From NCBI GenBank assembly GCA_965201075.1, contig CBDAVP010000016.1:124001-188000 (forward strand): DNA of 64,000 nucleotides, read 5' to 3'. Below, one piece after another: positions 19,936 through 31,066 of the stretch. Source of the DNA: Isosphaeraceae bacterium (GTDB lineage Bacteria; Planctomycetota; Planctomycetia; Isosphaerales; Isosphaeraceae). Position 1 is the first letter of the stretch, and the number at the start of each line of letters is the position of its first letter. The notes under the pieces are model-generated. The model had not been told where the DNA came from. It ran no database searches and saw only the letters and a program-made list of their open reading frames with translations. A program made the translations under genes and the position numbers.

Positions 19936-21516
19936 TCAAGGCAAGATCCGCTGACCGATCGCGGTGTTCAGGTCCAGCATCGCGCGTCGGTGGCGGACCA
20001 GTACGTCCCGGTAAAGCCGAATCGTTTCGTTCAACTCCTTGCGGGCATCCAGCACTTCAATCGCCGACGCCTCTCCCACGCGAAATCGCTGCTCGACCAG
20101 CCCAAACGACTGCCGTGCGGGGGGAAGTACCTTACCCTCGAATTGCTCGGTCGCCAACCGGGAGACCGCATACTCCCGCTGGGCCTGCTGCACGTCGCGG
20201 ATCGCCTGACGCTCCACGTTGCTTAAATCGAGCCTCGATTGCGAGACATTCAGCTCTGCCCGCTGAATGTTCCCCTGGTTGCGGTTGAACAACGGCATCG
20301 GCACCGTCACGCCCACCGCCCACGATGTCGGGCTCTTCAGGCCGAACGGCGTGTTGTCCTGGAAGGTGTACGGCTGATAAAGCAGGTACACGTCCTGGAG
20401 TCGGTTGGTCTTCTGGTACTTGACGTTGGCCAAAGCGCTCTGGATGCCGAGTCGGAAGGCGATCACATCGGGCCGGTAACTGAGGACGATACGAATCAAT
20501 TCGGCCTCGTCGGGGGGGACCGGAGCGCGGTCCTGGATCGTCCCCCTCAGCAAGATCCGCTCGGCCACGGCCGGGTCCAGGTTCAACTGATTGGCCAGTT
20601 CGACCTTGGCCTTGACCAGTCCTGCCCGGGCGTCGGCCAGCGCGATCTCGGCCTGGTTGCGCTGAACCAGGACCTGGTTGTATTCCACCTGGTTGAGGAA
20701 ATCTTGCTTGTACTTCTCGCGGGTCCGCCGCTCAACCTCGTCCAGCCCCTTGAGACTCTCCACTTGCAAGGCGATCGTTTCCCGGGCCGCCAGCACGTTG
20801 ACGTAGACCGTGTACAGGTTGTCGATCCCCTGACGAACCGCGTCCTGATACTGGGCCTCAATGACGCGCTTGGCCTGAACCGCCGCGATGGTGCGAGCCT
20901 TTCGCTTCTGGGTCACGTCCAGGGGGTACGAGACGTTGACGTCGTACTGAGTCTGGCCGCCGGGCCGCTGCTTGGTATATTGGCCGTAAGGGACCAACTG
21001 AGTATCGGCATAAAAGACCGGATTGTTGCGCAGGCTGGCCGTTAGGACGTCGGCCTGGGCCTGGGGCAACTCGTACAGCTTGCTGCGTAGGTCAATGTTG
21101 TTGTGAACGAACAGGTCGATGGCCTGATCGAGGGTCAGGCCGTTGGCGGGCCCCTCGTCCTCGGGTCCGGGCAGGCCGAGGCTACCGTAAATCGGCAGGT
21201 CGGCATTGGGCAAGGGGGCCACTGGCTCGATGCGTCCGGGAGCGAAGTCCGCGGCCGGGTTGTTGCCGCTCTGGTTCGGATTGACGCGAGGCGTCGTCGG
21301 CCCCGGCCGCCCGGACAAGATGCTCTGGGAGTCCCCCGGCGTATTGCCCAGCGACCCGCCCCCCGAACCCGGCGTCTTGCCAAAGGGGGACTGCCCCGCC
21401 CCCGGCTGGTCGGGCAAGCTGTCGTCGATGGTCGGACCCTGAGCCACGGCCTCGGGACCCGCCCAGGCCCCCAGCGTCACGATCCCCAATGCGCAAGAAA
21501 CGATGTAGCGACGCAT
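19936..21516 (-). CDS. TolC/CzcC-family outer membrane efflux protein
   Basis: Signal peptide, LTLDQAI..N, VPMPLFNRNQGNI, GEASAIEVLDA; start at MRRYIVS. Confidence 0.88.
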   Translation of the reverse strand: MRRYIVSCALGIVTLGAWAGPEAVAQGPTIDDSLPDQPGAGQSPFGKTPGSGGGSLGNTPGDSQSILSGRPGPTTPRVNPNQSGNNPAADFAPGRIEPVAPLPNADLPIYGSLGLPGPEDEGPANGLTLDQAIDLFVHNNIDLRSKLYELPQAQADVLTASLRNNPVFYADTQLVPYGQYTKQRPGGQTQYDVNVSYPLDVTQKRKARTIAAVQAKRVIEAQYQDAVRQGIDNLYTVYVNVLAARETIALQVESLKGLDEVERRTREKYKQDFLNQVEYNQVLVQRNQAEIALADARAGLVKAKVELANQLNLDPAVAERILLRGTIQDRAPVPPDEAELIRIVLSYRPDVIAFRLGIQSALANVKYQKTNRLQDVYLLYQPYTFQDNTPFGLKSPTSWAVGVTVPMPLFNRNQGNIQRAELNVSQSRLDLSNVERQAIRDVQQAQREYAVSRLATEQFEGKVLPPARQSFGLVEQRFRVGEASAIEVLDARKELNETIRLYRDVLVRHRRAMLDLNTAIGQRILP

Positions 21517-21702
21517 GGCCCCGGCCACCTTCCTGGTTCGGGGGGGAATCCTCGATCCGACGCCCCCATCCTCGGAGCGTCGCCTCCCCATCATCCTGAC
21601 CCTTCGTATCGGTCCGGCCCGCGAGCGTCCCTCACCGGCGAGACCGACTCCGAAATCTCTCGGCTCGCGCAACCGGCACCATCGCACCAGGGAGCATGCC
21701 TG

Positions 21703-22104
21703 TCAGTCCGACTTTCCCGGATAAACCGTTTCGGGAAGAAAGACTCGTTCAGCCGTTTCAGCCAGCCCGCCCGATTCAGTCACCTCCCGGAAGAAGCAGG
21801 AACGAAACCCTTCGTGGCAGGCACCCCCCGCTTGCTCGACTCCCAGCAGGAGGACATCCCCATCGCAGTCGACCCGCATCGACCGGACGAACTGGACGTG
21901 CCCCGAGGTTCCTCCCTTGTGCCACGACGATCGCCGTGAACGAGAATAGAAATGCGTTTGGCCGGTCTCTCGGGTCTTCCGCACCGCACTCCGGTTCATC
22001 CAGGCCATCATCAGGACCTCGCCCGTCGCCGAGTCCTGGACGATGGCCGGGATCAACCCATCGGCGGTCCACTTCAACAGGTCGAGGAATGCGGGGTCCG
22101 ACAC
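21703..22104 (-). CDS. hisI: phosphoribosyl-AMP cyclohydrolase
   Basis: [39 protein letters not shown] start 22104. Confidence 0.95.
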   Translation of the reverse strand: MSDPAFLDLLKWTADGLIPAIVQDSATGEVLMMAWMNRSAVRKTRETGQTHFYSRSRRSSWHKGGTSGHVQFVRSMRVDCDGDVLLLGVEQAGGACHEGFRSCFFREVTESGGLAETAERVFLPETVYPGKSD

Positions 22105-22105
22105 G

Positions 22106-23680
22106 TCAGGCTCCGTTGGGGGAAATCGAGTCGGCGGCCTCGTCTTGAAGAGTTCGCAGGAACGCCCCGCGCGAGCCGTCCCCGGTTTCCCCATCCAGGG
22201 CCAGGGCTCGGTCGATCCAGGCTTGGGCGCCCGCGGGATCGCGCCGAACGGCCTCGACCAGTGTACGCGAAAGTCCTTCTCGCGGACCGTTCCCGTCGCG
22301 GTCAAGAATCGCCAGGGCCAGCGTCGCGGCCACGTCCGGCCGGATCGGACAAGCCGAGCGAAACGCCTCGACGAGCCCCGCGTCATCCAGCGAGGCCGGG
22401 TCGACTTTCGCCAGTTCCGGGCCGCTCAGGCACGACAAATCCGACGGGTCGACGTCCCCATCGACGACGGCCATCCCCAGCCGTCGCCGGAGCCGGTCGA
22501 ACGGATAGCCGTCATACAGCACCAGGAAATTCCGCCTCCGCCCCAACTGCTCGCGGACCCGGAGAATTCCTTCCAAGACCGCGCGAGGGACCGCCTCGGC
22601 CGCCGAATCGCGGGTGCCCAGGGCCAGCGAAGCCGGCGAGGTCGCCGAGTCACTCTCGCCGCCAACCCCGGCCAGCGACCGTCGATTCTGGAGGAGCCAT
22701 CGCCCCTCGAAGTACGCCTCCAGCGACTCTCTCGCGAGCCGGCGGCGAGTCGCCTCATCCATCCCTTCGGGCAACCGGGTCCGAAAGGCCGAGGCGTCCA
22801 TCAGGCGGATCGGCAAGGGCGTCGAACGTCGATCCGACCCTTCCAGGACCGACGGCGATGCTTCCACCAGCCGGGCCTCGACCCGTTGCAGGGTCGTCTC
22901 ATCGGGACTGGTGAACGCCAGGGTTCGGCCGTCGGCCACGACCCCAGCCAGGACTCTGGGAAGGTCGTCGGCCGTCAGGTCCGGGCTCGCCTCGGGCATC
23001 GGCCGGTCAAGCCACTCGAACGCTCGCGGTGGCTTCGAGCCCTCGGGGATGGCCTCGGGGTCGAGCGGCAGGGGCAGCTCTCGCAACTCGGCGAACTCGG
23101 CCAGCCAGTCGGCCGGATCGCCCCCATCGGCTGGAATCCGGATCGCCAGGGTATGCGTCAGGTCGTCGGCCCAAGTCTCGGCGCCGCCCCCCTGTCGCAG
23201 AATCTCCGCCAATGCCACCGCCTCGACCGCCGCCTCGGCCCGGCCCGCCTCGGCGTCAGCCCGCCAGGACCGGCCCAAAGCCTCGATCGCTCCCACGTTC
23301 TCGCCGGCCCAGGCCAGGCATAGCCCCCGGTTGAACTCCGCCGTCGCGTCGTACGAGTCGGCTGCGGCCAGTTCGCCGAAGATCGCGGCGGCGACGGCGA
23401 GGTCACCGGTGGGCCGACCCCGGAAGGCCGAATCCCAACGCAATCGCCCCGCCTCGTCCAGGGGCGAGCGGAACCGATACGCCGTCCTTGCCGCCAGGGG
23501 CAGGTCTCCGGCGGCGGCCCAGATCGCCAGGGCCTCGGTCGCCGCTGGGTCGTCCGGCTTGAGCAGCAAGGCCCGCTGCCACGCCCCCCACGCCGCCAAC
23601 GGTCGCTGGGCTCGCAGGTGTTCCCAGCCCCGGTGGACCCAGGAAAGGGCCTCGGCGTCGCGATCGTTCGGGGCGGACAT
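22106..23680 (-). CDS. TPR-containing hypothetical protein (paralog of the neighbouring gene)
   Basis: TPR-like helices (FNRGLCLAW); shares LDRPMP..DxPRVL blocks with 23709..25961. Confidence 0.7.
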   Translation of the reverse strand: MSAPNDRDAEALSWVHRGWEHLRAQRPLAAWGAWQRALLLKPDDPAATEALAIWAAAGDLPLAARTAYRFRSPLDEAGRLRWDSAFRGRPTGDLAVAAAIFGELAAADSYDATAEFNRGLCLAWAGENVGAIEALGRSWRADAEAGRAEAAVEAVALAEILRQGGGAETWADDLTHTLAIRIPADGGDPADWLAEFAELRELPLPLDPEAIPEGSKPPRAFEWLDRPMPEASPDLTADDLPRVLAGVVADGRTLAFTSPDETTLQRVEARLVEASPSVLEGSDRRSTPLPIRLMDASAFRTRLPEGMDEATRRRLARESLEAYFEGRWLLQNRRSLAGVGGESDSATSPASLALGTRDSAAEAVPRAVLEGILRVREQLGRRRNFLVLYDGYPFDRLRRRLGMAVVDGDVDPSDLSCLSGPELAKVDPASLDDAGLVEAFRSACPIRPDVAATLALAILDRDGNGPREGLSRTLVEAVRRDPAGAQAWIDRALALDGETGDGSRGAFLRTLQDEAADSISPNGA

Positions 23681-23708
23681 GCGGGCTCTCGTCGACGATG
23701 GGGCTGGC

Positions 23709-25961
23709 TTAGCGGCCGGGGAGGATCAGCTTCGGCTTCTCGCCGCCGGAAGCGCTGGCCGGCTGGGACGAGCCCGGCGTCCAGAGTCCCCCTCCCCCTC
23801 CCCCACCCGCGGGCGATCCGCCGGGCGTCCAGATCTCGGGGTTGGCCGCCGAGACCCCGAGGGCCCCCGACGCCGTCGTGACCCTTGGGCCGTACCGAGT
23901 CAGCACCGCCTGCAGCCGCCGGCTGTCCAGCAGAACGTCGTCGGGGTTGTCCGGGTTGGGCACCAGTTGCACCAGTCCCATGTCCAGCAAGTTGCCCATC
24001 AAGGCCTGGCTCGACTCCCGGTCCTGACTGTAGCGGTCCAGGATCATTGCCAGGGTGGGCACCCAGCTTTCCGGCGCCTCGGTGCGGGCTCGCAGGCGGA
24101 GGCTGAGCATCTCCCAGCGGATCGCGTTGCGGGACTTCAGCGCCGCGGGCTCGGCGGCCCGGCCTCGCTCGATCCAGCCGAAGGCCTCATCCTTGTCGTC
24201 GCGGGTCATGGCGAGGTTGGAAAGGTCCGCGTAGACCGAAAACCGATCCACGTGCGACCGAGACTCCGACAACGGCCGTTCCACCAGCGCCCGAGCCGCC
24301 CGTTCCAGCGCCTGGGGAATCATCGCCTCCCGGGATCGCAGGTACAGCGACGTCAGACGGTCGTCTTCCAGCCCTTCGGCCGGGACGCGGAACAGTCGGC
24401 CGAGGTGGACGTCCTCGACGTCGACCGTCTCGACGTCGATCGGCGGCTCCGGCGAAACGCCCATCCGCTCGCGGAGGGCGCTGAAGTCGCTCTCGCCGGT
24501 CCACGAACCGCCGGACGCCTCGAACTGGCAGATCGCCGCTCGCAGTGGGACCTCGAACCCGCCGCGCTTGGCGGCCTGGTCGGGGGTCTGGCCGTCCAGA
24601 TACGGCATGGGGGTCCGGGGCCAGACCTCGGTGGCGATTCGGCGGCTCTCCAGCCGGGAAATCCGGTCGACGTCGGCCCGGGTCGTCGCTTCGGGGAAGG
24701 TCCAATCGGTGGCCAGAGCGATTGTTGACCGGCTGATCTTCTGGACAACCTTGGTCTTCGGGTGCGCCGGGGGAAGGGCGTGACCGGCGAGGTCGCGGAA
24801 ATGATCGGTCAGGGCGTGGAGCTTGCCATCCTCGTAAGCGTCCAGGATCGCCACGTCCTGGCCCACCAGCACCCGGCCCAGCACTCTCGGCACGTCGGCG
24901 GGCCGCTCCAGGTGGGTCTCCTTCGCCGGCATGGGCCGATCCAGCAGGGCGAAGACGTCCACCTCGGGCGAGTCCTCGTTCTCCGGCTCCAGCGGGCCAT
25001 GCCCCTGTTCCTGGACGTCGGACCGGCCGTTCAGGGTCTCCAGCAACGCCTCACGCTTGCGAAGCGGCCAGGTCAGGTGGAAGTGCTCGATCAGGTCGTC
25101 GGGATCGGGCGGGGCGATCCGCTGGCAAAGGGCCTCCAGGTCGACCGCCTCGGGGGTGGCTTCCGACCGGCCGATGGACCGCCGCAGCGCCTCGAAGGCC
25201 CCCGAGTCGTCGGCCAGCCAGAGCCGGCAGAGCCCCAGGTTCCGGTCGGCCTCGGGCCCTCGCGACTCGGCTGACAACAATTCAAACCGCGAGGCCGCTG
25301 CCGCCCAAAGTCCCCCCTCGGCCCACTCCACCGCCTCGTCGAACTGGGCCTTCGCCGCCGCCGGCAAGCCCTCCGGAGCCTGGGCGATCCGGTATGGGTT
25401 CTTCAACCAGGGGGAGACGGCCGGATCTCCTTCCAGCGCCCTCCGCAGCGAATCCGCCGTGGCCTCGTCGTCAAAGCCCAGGTCTTCGGCAAGCTCCAGG
25501 TGGGCCAGCGCCGCGGGGACGTAACCGGCCCGGCCCAGCAGCACCGCCAGAATCTGCGCCAACGACGCGAGGACTCCCCGAGACTCTGCCGGCAGCGTCG
25601 TCAGGGCTCGCTGCAACTCATAAGCCCCGGCCCCCGGCCCCTCCCCCTGAAGGACGACCCTCACCAGGATCGCGTGGGCCCCCACGTGCCCGGGGTGGTC
25701 GGCCAGCACCCGTTCCAGAACCGGCCGGGCCTGGGCGAAGCGTTCCAGCCGCTCGAAGATCAATGCCTTGCGGATCAGCAGCCAGGGGTTGCCCGGGACC
25801 TTGCGAAGCCCCTCGTCCAGGGCCTCCAGCGAGGCGTCGAGCTGGTTGCCGTGGAAGAGCCGATCGGCCCGTTCCGCGAACGCCTCGACCTTCTGGCAGC
25901 ACCACTTGAACTTCTGACCGCTCCCGCAGGGGCACGGCGCGTACGGATCAACCACGGACAT
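23709..25961 (-). CDS. SEC-C motif and TPR protein
   Basis: N-terminal PCPCGSGQKFKWCC; TPR helices; C-terminal IWTPG/LWTPG/LILPG tail. Confidence 0.85.
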   Translation of the reverse strand: MSVVDPYAPCPCGSGQKFKWCCQKVEAFAERADRLFHGNQLDASLEALDEGLRKVPGNPWLLIRKALIFERLERFAQARPVLERVLADHPGHVGAHAILVRVVLQGEGPGAGAYELQRALTTLPAESRGVLASLAQILAVLLGRAGYVPAALAHLELAEDLGFDDEATADSLRRALEGDPAVSPWLKNPYRIAQAPEGLPAAAKAQFDEAVEWAEGGLWAAAASRFELLSAESRGPEADRNLGLCRLWLADDSGAFEALRRSIGRSEATPEAVDLEALCQRIAPPDPDDLIEHFHLTWPLRKREALLETLNGRSDVQEQGHGPLEPENEDSPEVDVFALLDRPMPAKETHLERPADVPRVLGRVLVGQDVAILDAYEDGKLHALTDHFRDLAGHALPPAHPKTKVVQKISRSTIALATDWTFPEATTRADVDRISRLESRRIATEVWPRTPMPYLDGQTPDQAAKRGGFEVPLRAAICQFEASGGSWTGESDFSALRERMGVSPEPPIDVETVDVEDVHLGRLFRVPAEGLEDDRLTSLYLRSREAMIPQALERAARALVERPLSESRSHVDRFSVYADLSNLAMTRDDKDEAFGWIERGRAAEPAALKSRNAIRWEMLSLRLRARTEAPESWVPTLAMILDRYSQDRESSQALMGNLLDMGLVQLVPNPDNPDDVLLDSRRLQAVLTRYGPRVTTASGALGVSAANPEIWTPGGSPAGGGGGGGLWTPGSSQPASASGGEKPKLILPGR

Positions 25962-26176
25962 CGCAAAAACCTTTCCCCTGAAGGGCCCCGCCGACCCCGG
26001 CAGGCACAAACCAACCTAGCAAAGCCCTCCCCTCGCGCCTACACGCTGAGGGCCCTTCCAACCCTTCCCGAAACCTTCACCCCACCCTCATCGTTCGACA
26101 CACCAAGAGCTCTCATCCTACACTGAAACCGGCAATCGCGTGTTCCTTTCGTCCCCGTCCGCCCCGGAGTCGCCCC

Positions 26177-27004
26177 ATGTCGAAGCCGAAGCGTCCCGCC
26201 TGCCTCCTCCTGGGTCCTTTGCTCCTCGCCACGCTGGCCGTCCCCGGCCCGGCCTGGGGCTGGGGGGCGATCGGCCACCGAGTCACGGCCAAGGTCGCCG
26301 AGGGTCGCCTGACCCCGGAGGCCAGGGCGGCGGTCGCCGAACTGCTCGACCCGGGCGAAGACCTGGGCGACGCCTCCAACTGGCCTGACTTCGTGGGCCG
26401 CAAGCAGATCCCCGAAAGCGCCCCCTGGCATTACGTCAACGTCCCCCTCACCGAGCCCAGGTACGACGCCAAGTTCTGTCAGCAAGGCGGATGCATCGTT
26501 TCGCGGATTCACGACTTCCGCAAAATCCTGGCCGACAAGTCCGCTCCCCGGGCCGACCGTGTCCTGGCGCTGCGGTTCCTGGCCCACCTGACCGAAGACC
26601 TTCACATGCCCCTGCACGTTGGCCACATGAACGACAAGGGGGGCAACCTCTGCCAGGTCCGCTTCCCCGACCAGGCCACCGGCTCGAACCTGCACCGGGT
26701 CTGGGACTCGGGCGTCATCGAGTTCGTCAGCCGAGATGAGGCCACCTGGGTCGTCGAAGCCGAGAAGCTCATCACCCCCGAGTCCGCCCAGGCCTGGAGC
26801 CAGGGCGACGTCGAGGACTGGGCGACCGAAAGCCTCAAACTCGCCCACGACGCCTACTACTTCCCCCCGGGAGCGACCGCGCCCCTCAAGAGCGGGGCCA
26901 AGCTCTCAGCCCCCTACGCCGAATTCGCCACCCCGATCATCCGCCAACGGCTGGCCCAGGCCGGCGTCCGCCTGGCCAACGAGTTGAATGAGGCCCTTCG
27001 CTGA
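26177..27004 (+). CDS. S1/P1 nuclease (secreted)
   Basis: Signal peptide then WGAIGH, WPD, WHYVN, HLTEDLHMPLH, GGN, NLHRVWD, AGVRLA. Confidence 0.95.
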   Translation: MSKPKRPACLLLGPLLLATLAVPGPAWGWGAIGHRVTAKVAEGRLTPEARAAVAELLDPGEDLGDASNWPDFVGRKQIPESAPWHYVNVPLTEPRYDAKFCQQGGCIVSRIHDFRKILADKSAPRADRVLALRFLAHLTEDLHMPLHVGHMNDKGGNLCQVRFPDQATGSNLHRVWDSGVIEFVSRDEATWVVEAEKLITPESAQAWSQGDVEDWATESLKLAHDAYYFPPGATAPLKSGAKLSAPYAEFATPIIRQRLAQAGVRLANELNEALR

Positions 27005-27020
27005 CCCGATTGGCCCACGC

Positions 27021-27830
27021 TCATGCCTCCCGAGCCGTCCCCGTCTCTCCACGACGGGGGCGGTAAATCACGCTGAGCAGGACGATGGCCAGCATCCCCC
27101 CCCAGTAAATCCAGCTCGGCATGTCGAGCCAGCGAGCCACGGCGTCGGGGATGCGGTCCAGTGCGTCGCCCCGTTCCAGACGCGTCCCCTTGCGGAACAT
27201 CGCGTGATGCAGGCCCGCCCCGACCAGATTCAGACCGATCCAGCAGACCAGGTAATACGCCCCGACCACCAGCCCCGGGAACCGCTTCAGCAACACCAGG
27301 AATAGGCTCGCCACGTAACGCATCGCGATGATGCCCAGCACCCCGCCGATGTAGATGATCCAGTGCTTGACCGAGAAGAACAGGAAGTGGACCGCCTTGA
27401 GGTTGCGGGGTAACTCCTCGGCCGTCGTGACCGCCGCCAGGATCGAGTCGATCGAGAAGGCGATGTCCGCCAGTTCGACCACGACCACCGTCCCCCAGAA
27501 CCCCCGGCCCGGTCGCGAGGAACCGTCCTCACCGTCGGCGGCGTGGCTCTCCATCAGGTTGTGGACGGCGATATAGATCAGGTACAGGCCGCCGACGACC
27601 TCGCATTGCCAGAAATCAAGGATGCGGGTCGCCAGCAGAATGGCCAGAAAACGGAACGCGAAGGCGCCCCAGATTCCGTAACGGAGCGCTCGCTTTTGGA
27701 GCTTATCGGGCAGATGCCGCACCATGCCCGCCAGGACCAGGGCGTTGTCGGCGCTAAGTAGCCCTTCCAGAACCACCAGCGACAGGATAGCGCCAGCGAT
27801 CGTGAGCCACTGGGCGGGGGGGATGACCAT
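27021..27830 (-). CDS. TerC family membrane protein
   Basis: LEGLLSADNALVLA, ELADIAFSIDSILAA, GGVLGIIAMR. Confidence 0.93.
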   Translation of the reverse strand: MVIPPAQWLTIAGAILSLVVLEGLLSADNALVLAGMVRHLPDKLQKRALRYGIWGAFAFRFLAILLATRILDFWQCEVVGGLYLIYIAVHNLMESHAADGEDGSSRPGRGFWGTVVVVELADIAFSIDSILAAVTTAEELPRNLKAVHFLFFSVKHWIIYIGGVLGIIAMRYVASLFLVLLKRFPGLVVGAYYLVCWIGLNLVGAGLHHAMFRKGTRLERGDALDRIPDAVARWLDMPSWIYWGGMLAIVLLSVIYRPRRGETGTAREA

Positions 27831-28135
27831 GCCGACAAAGCTCCTGAGACAACCGGACCGGAACCGGACAAACGGAGGGATCTCGGGCTGGCCTGCCTCG
27901 CAACGAGCCGCGCCGGCCGACTCCATCACGATACCATAAGGTGACTGAGCGGGTTGGCGGCTGACGCGGCTGCATGGGACGCGGCACCACGTTACGCTTG
28001 TGGGTTGATGGTTCCGCGCGGGAACTCGGCGTCTCAGCGCCTGCTCCACCCAGCGTTCCTCGGGAGGGGCAACGCCTCGGACTCGCAAACTCCTCAACGA
28101 GGGTGGCCCCGGCCGCTGTCGCGATGGCGATGGCG

Positions 28136-29011
28136 ATGAAGCTAGCATCCGGCGCGTCGTTCGGGCAAGTTCAGGAGGCGCGTGAGGTAGGTGGTCTCTT
28201 CTTCTCGGAGGCGGTGTATCCACCGGGCTTCGAGACCGCGATGCATGAACATGCCGACCCGTTCCTCGCGATCATCCTGGCCGGGTCATGCTTCGAGAGC
28301 TCCCGGTACTCCTCAGGGTACGAGAGCCCGGACACGCCATTACTCAATGCGTATCCCTCCGGTGTCGAACATGCCACCCTCTGGGGCCCCCGAGGAGGAG
28401 CCTCGTTCCGGATCGAGGTCGCCCCGGCGAGGCTGGAGCAGATTCGCGGGTACGCGCCCGTCCTGGCTCAGCCCTTGGAGTGCCGAGGCGGCCTGCCGCT
28501 CTGGCTGGTTGGCCGCCTGCACCGCGAGTATCGACGGGCCGAATCCCTCTCCCCCCTGGTGATGGAGAGCCTGACTCTGGAGTTGCTCGTCGAGATCGAG
28601 CGGGCTCGAGCCGCGGCGAACGATTTGTTGACGCCCAGTTGGCTGCGCCGCGTACGCGAGCTGCTGCATGACCGGGCCACTGAGCCGCTGTCTCTGGGCA
28701 TGATCGCCGCCAGAGTGGATGTCGACCCCTCGCACCTGGCCAGGGCCTTCCGCCAATACTTTGGCTGCACGCCGGGCGACTACCTCCGTCGAATCCGCGC
28801 CGAGTTGGCCAGCCGGATCCTCAGGGACGACACCCGCAGCACCGAAGACGTCGCCCGCTCGGTCGGCTTCACCGGTTCGCGTGACCTGACCCGCGCCTTC
28901 CGTCGCGAATACCAGGTCAGCCCGTCCGCCTTCCGGGCCTTATTTAGCGCGCACAAAAGTGGTCGTCGGATGTCGAATCCTGGCCCATCACCCGATGCCC
29001 ATCGGGGATAG
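28136..29011 (+). CDS. AraC family transcriptional regulator
   Basis: Cupin HEH, WLRRVRELL, HLARAFRQYFGCTPGDYLR, VGF..LTRAFRR. Confidence 0.9.
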   Translation: MKLASGASFGQVQEAREVGGLFFSEAVYPPGFETAMHEHADPFLAIILAGSCFESSRYSSGYESPDTPLLNAYPSGVEHATLWGPRGGASFRIEVAPARLEQIRGYAPVLAQPLECRGGLPLWLVGRLHREYRRAESLSPLVMESLTLELLVEIERARAAANDLLTPSWLRRVRELLHDRATEPLSLGMIAARVDVDPSHLARAFRQYFGCTPGDYLRRIRAELASRILRDDTRSTEDVARSVGFTGSRDLTRAFRREYQVSPSAFRALFSAHKSGRRMSNPGPSPDAHRG

Positions 29012-29095
29012 GCTTGGTGGATCGCCCGATCGTCCTGGGCCGAATCCCGAGGACGGCCGAGCCGGGAGGACCGGCCCCTAGTTCCGGGATCCGCC

Positions 29096-29508
29096 TTGGA
29101 GGCTTCCCCGTCGGAAAGGGCGCGTCATGGCTGTCTGGCCGCGATCGCAATGGCCCTTCAAGGGCCAGGGTCTTCGCTCCAAGCCAGTGAACTTAGCGAT
29201 GCCCTCCGGATTTCGGAGCGATACATGTTGACCACGCTCCATCGACTGAGAGGGGCCGGCCTGGTCGTCAGCGTCCAGGGGTGGACCGTGGGCTTCCGAC
29301 TCGCCTGGCCCGTCCGCAAAATCTGCCTGGGCGACGCCGTGGCCGCCCTCGACGGTCCCTCGCCGTCGCCCCGGTCCCCGCGTGTCCAGACCAGGCCGCC
29401 ATCCACGAAGTCATTGAACGAACTCGACTCGCCAGCCGCGAAGTCCTCGACCGGATCACTCTCGATCAACTCGCCGTCGGGGGCGACGTGAACGAATCGG
29501 TGTTCTGA
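29096..29508 (+). pseudogene. degenerate, frameshifted Rrf2-family regulator
   Basis: wHTH block ISERYMLTTLHRLRGAGLVVSVQG..GFRLA..ICLGDAVAALDG; the typical C-terminus ([12 protein letters not shown]) lies in another frame (ORF 29281..29508); no good start codon. Confidence 0.65.
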
Positions 29509-29628
29509 GGTCGTCTCTCCTCGGACCGCCAAACTTCACTTTATTGTTCAGCGGCCGCCCTCTCCCGGCGACTCGACGCGGCGTGAAGTCCGACCTCGGA
29601 CCGACGCCCCTACCCCTGGGAGCCCGCG

Positions 29629-29877
29629 ATGGTGCCTGCCCGCCCCCGCTTGTCCCCTCCGATCGCCGTCCTGCTCGTCACCTCGGGCGTCTTCATGCTG
29701 CCCGGCTGCGGCGGCGAACGCCCGCAACGACTCGCCGGGACCATCCACGTCTCAAGAAAGTCGACCGAGGATCGCTTCGAGAAACTCCCCCCGCACGTCC
29801 AGGCGAAGTTGCCCAAGTCGACGCGGCCGACGACCAAGCCGGCCCCTCAGACCACGCCTCAGCCCACGTCTCCCTAA
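29629..29877 (+). CDS. small putative lipoprotein
   Basis: GGAG before ATG; hydrophobic stretch with lipobox LPGC; directly upstream of a DUF1559 gene. Confidence 0.6.
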   Translation: MVPARPRLSPPIAVLLVTSGVFMLPGCGGERPQRLAGTIHVSRKSTEDRFEKLPPHVQAKLPKSTRPTTKPAPQTTPQPTSP

Positions 29878-29945
29878 CCTTCCTCACCTCTAGGCTTCCG
29901 CCGTCAGTATCCCACCCCCTTATCCCCCGTCCGGAGACCGCATCC

Positions 29946-31027
29946 ATGACCGCTCCCAACGGACCTCGCCCCCGGCCGCGACACGGTTTCACGCTCATCG
30001 AACTCCTCGTCGTCATCGCGATCATCGGCGTGCTGATCGGCCTGCTGCTACCGGCAGTCCAGGCCGCCCGAGAGGCTGCCCGACGCGCCCAGTGCACCAA
30101 CAACCTCAAGCAACTGGCCCTGGCCGCCAGCAACTACCACGACGTCAACGGCGTCTTCCCCGCTGGCATGTTCTACACCGCGGGCACATCCTATGGCGCC
30201 TCGATCTTCGTCCGGATGCTCCCGTTCATGGAGCAGTCGGCCCTCTATAACGCGTACAACTTCAGCACGCGCACCCTGTCGGCGAGCAACTATACGGCCC
30301 CCTCGACCATGATCGCGACACTGCAGTGCCCCAGCGATCCGGCCGCCTACCTCAGCATTCCCGCCACCATCTCCCCCGGGCCCCCGCCGGCGGGCGTCAC
30401 CAACCCCATCGCGTACCAAACCTTCTATGCAGCCAACTCGGGGCCCATCTCGATCTTCGTCCTCAATTACACGACCAACGCCAACGGCGCCCTTGACTCG
30501 ACCGACCCAACTGCCGTGTCGCTCATCAAAGGGTTCACGGGAATGTGCGCGAACTTCCCGATCTCCTCGTTCACCGACGGTACGACCAACACCATGATGT
30601 TCTCCGATAACGGCGCGGGCTACTTTGATTCCGCTATCTCTCAGGGGTGGGTCGTCGGGCAGCTCTGGAACTTCGAGGCCCGCTTCCCCCCAACTGGACC
30701 CCGCATTACAGCGACCCTGCCAACGACCCCCAAAAATACGCGATCGACCAATGGGGGATCTACGACGCGATGAGCTTCCACCCCGGCGGGATCAACGTCG
30801 CGATGTGCGACGGCTCGGTCCGTTTCATCAAGAACAGCATTGACTGCTGGACAATCCCCTCGCCGCAAATCAACGGGCTGCCCGTCGGGGCCAGCAACGC
30901 CCCCGCATTCTCCCCTCCCTCCTACTCCAGCTCGGGCATCGTGCTGGGCTCCGGCAGCCGTCTGGGCGTCTGGCAGAAGCTGGCCACCCGCAACGGCGGC
31001 GAGGTCACCAGCGCTAGCGACTATTGA
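29946..31027 (+). pseudogene. DUF1559 prepilin-type protein, frameshifted at a C6 run
   Basis: [38 protein letters not shown]-terminal SFHPGGINVAMCDGSVRFIK in another frame; one extra C at 30686-30691 restores RFPPNWTP. Confidence 0.85.
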
Positions 31028-31066
31028 CCTGAGTGGAACCCCCACCACCCCCGAGAGTGCGCCAAC

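Noticed and set aside
22614..24728. 704-aa plus-strand ORF and many other long alternative-frame ORFs
   Set aside because: Antisense or shadow ORFs of real genes, Arg/Ser/Ala/Pro-rich with no motifs; expected at high GC
27831..28135. yybP-ykoY (Mn) riboswitch upstream of terC
   Set aside because: Conserved GGGGAGUA-type core not found on the minus strand by eye; an Rfam scan would settle it
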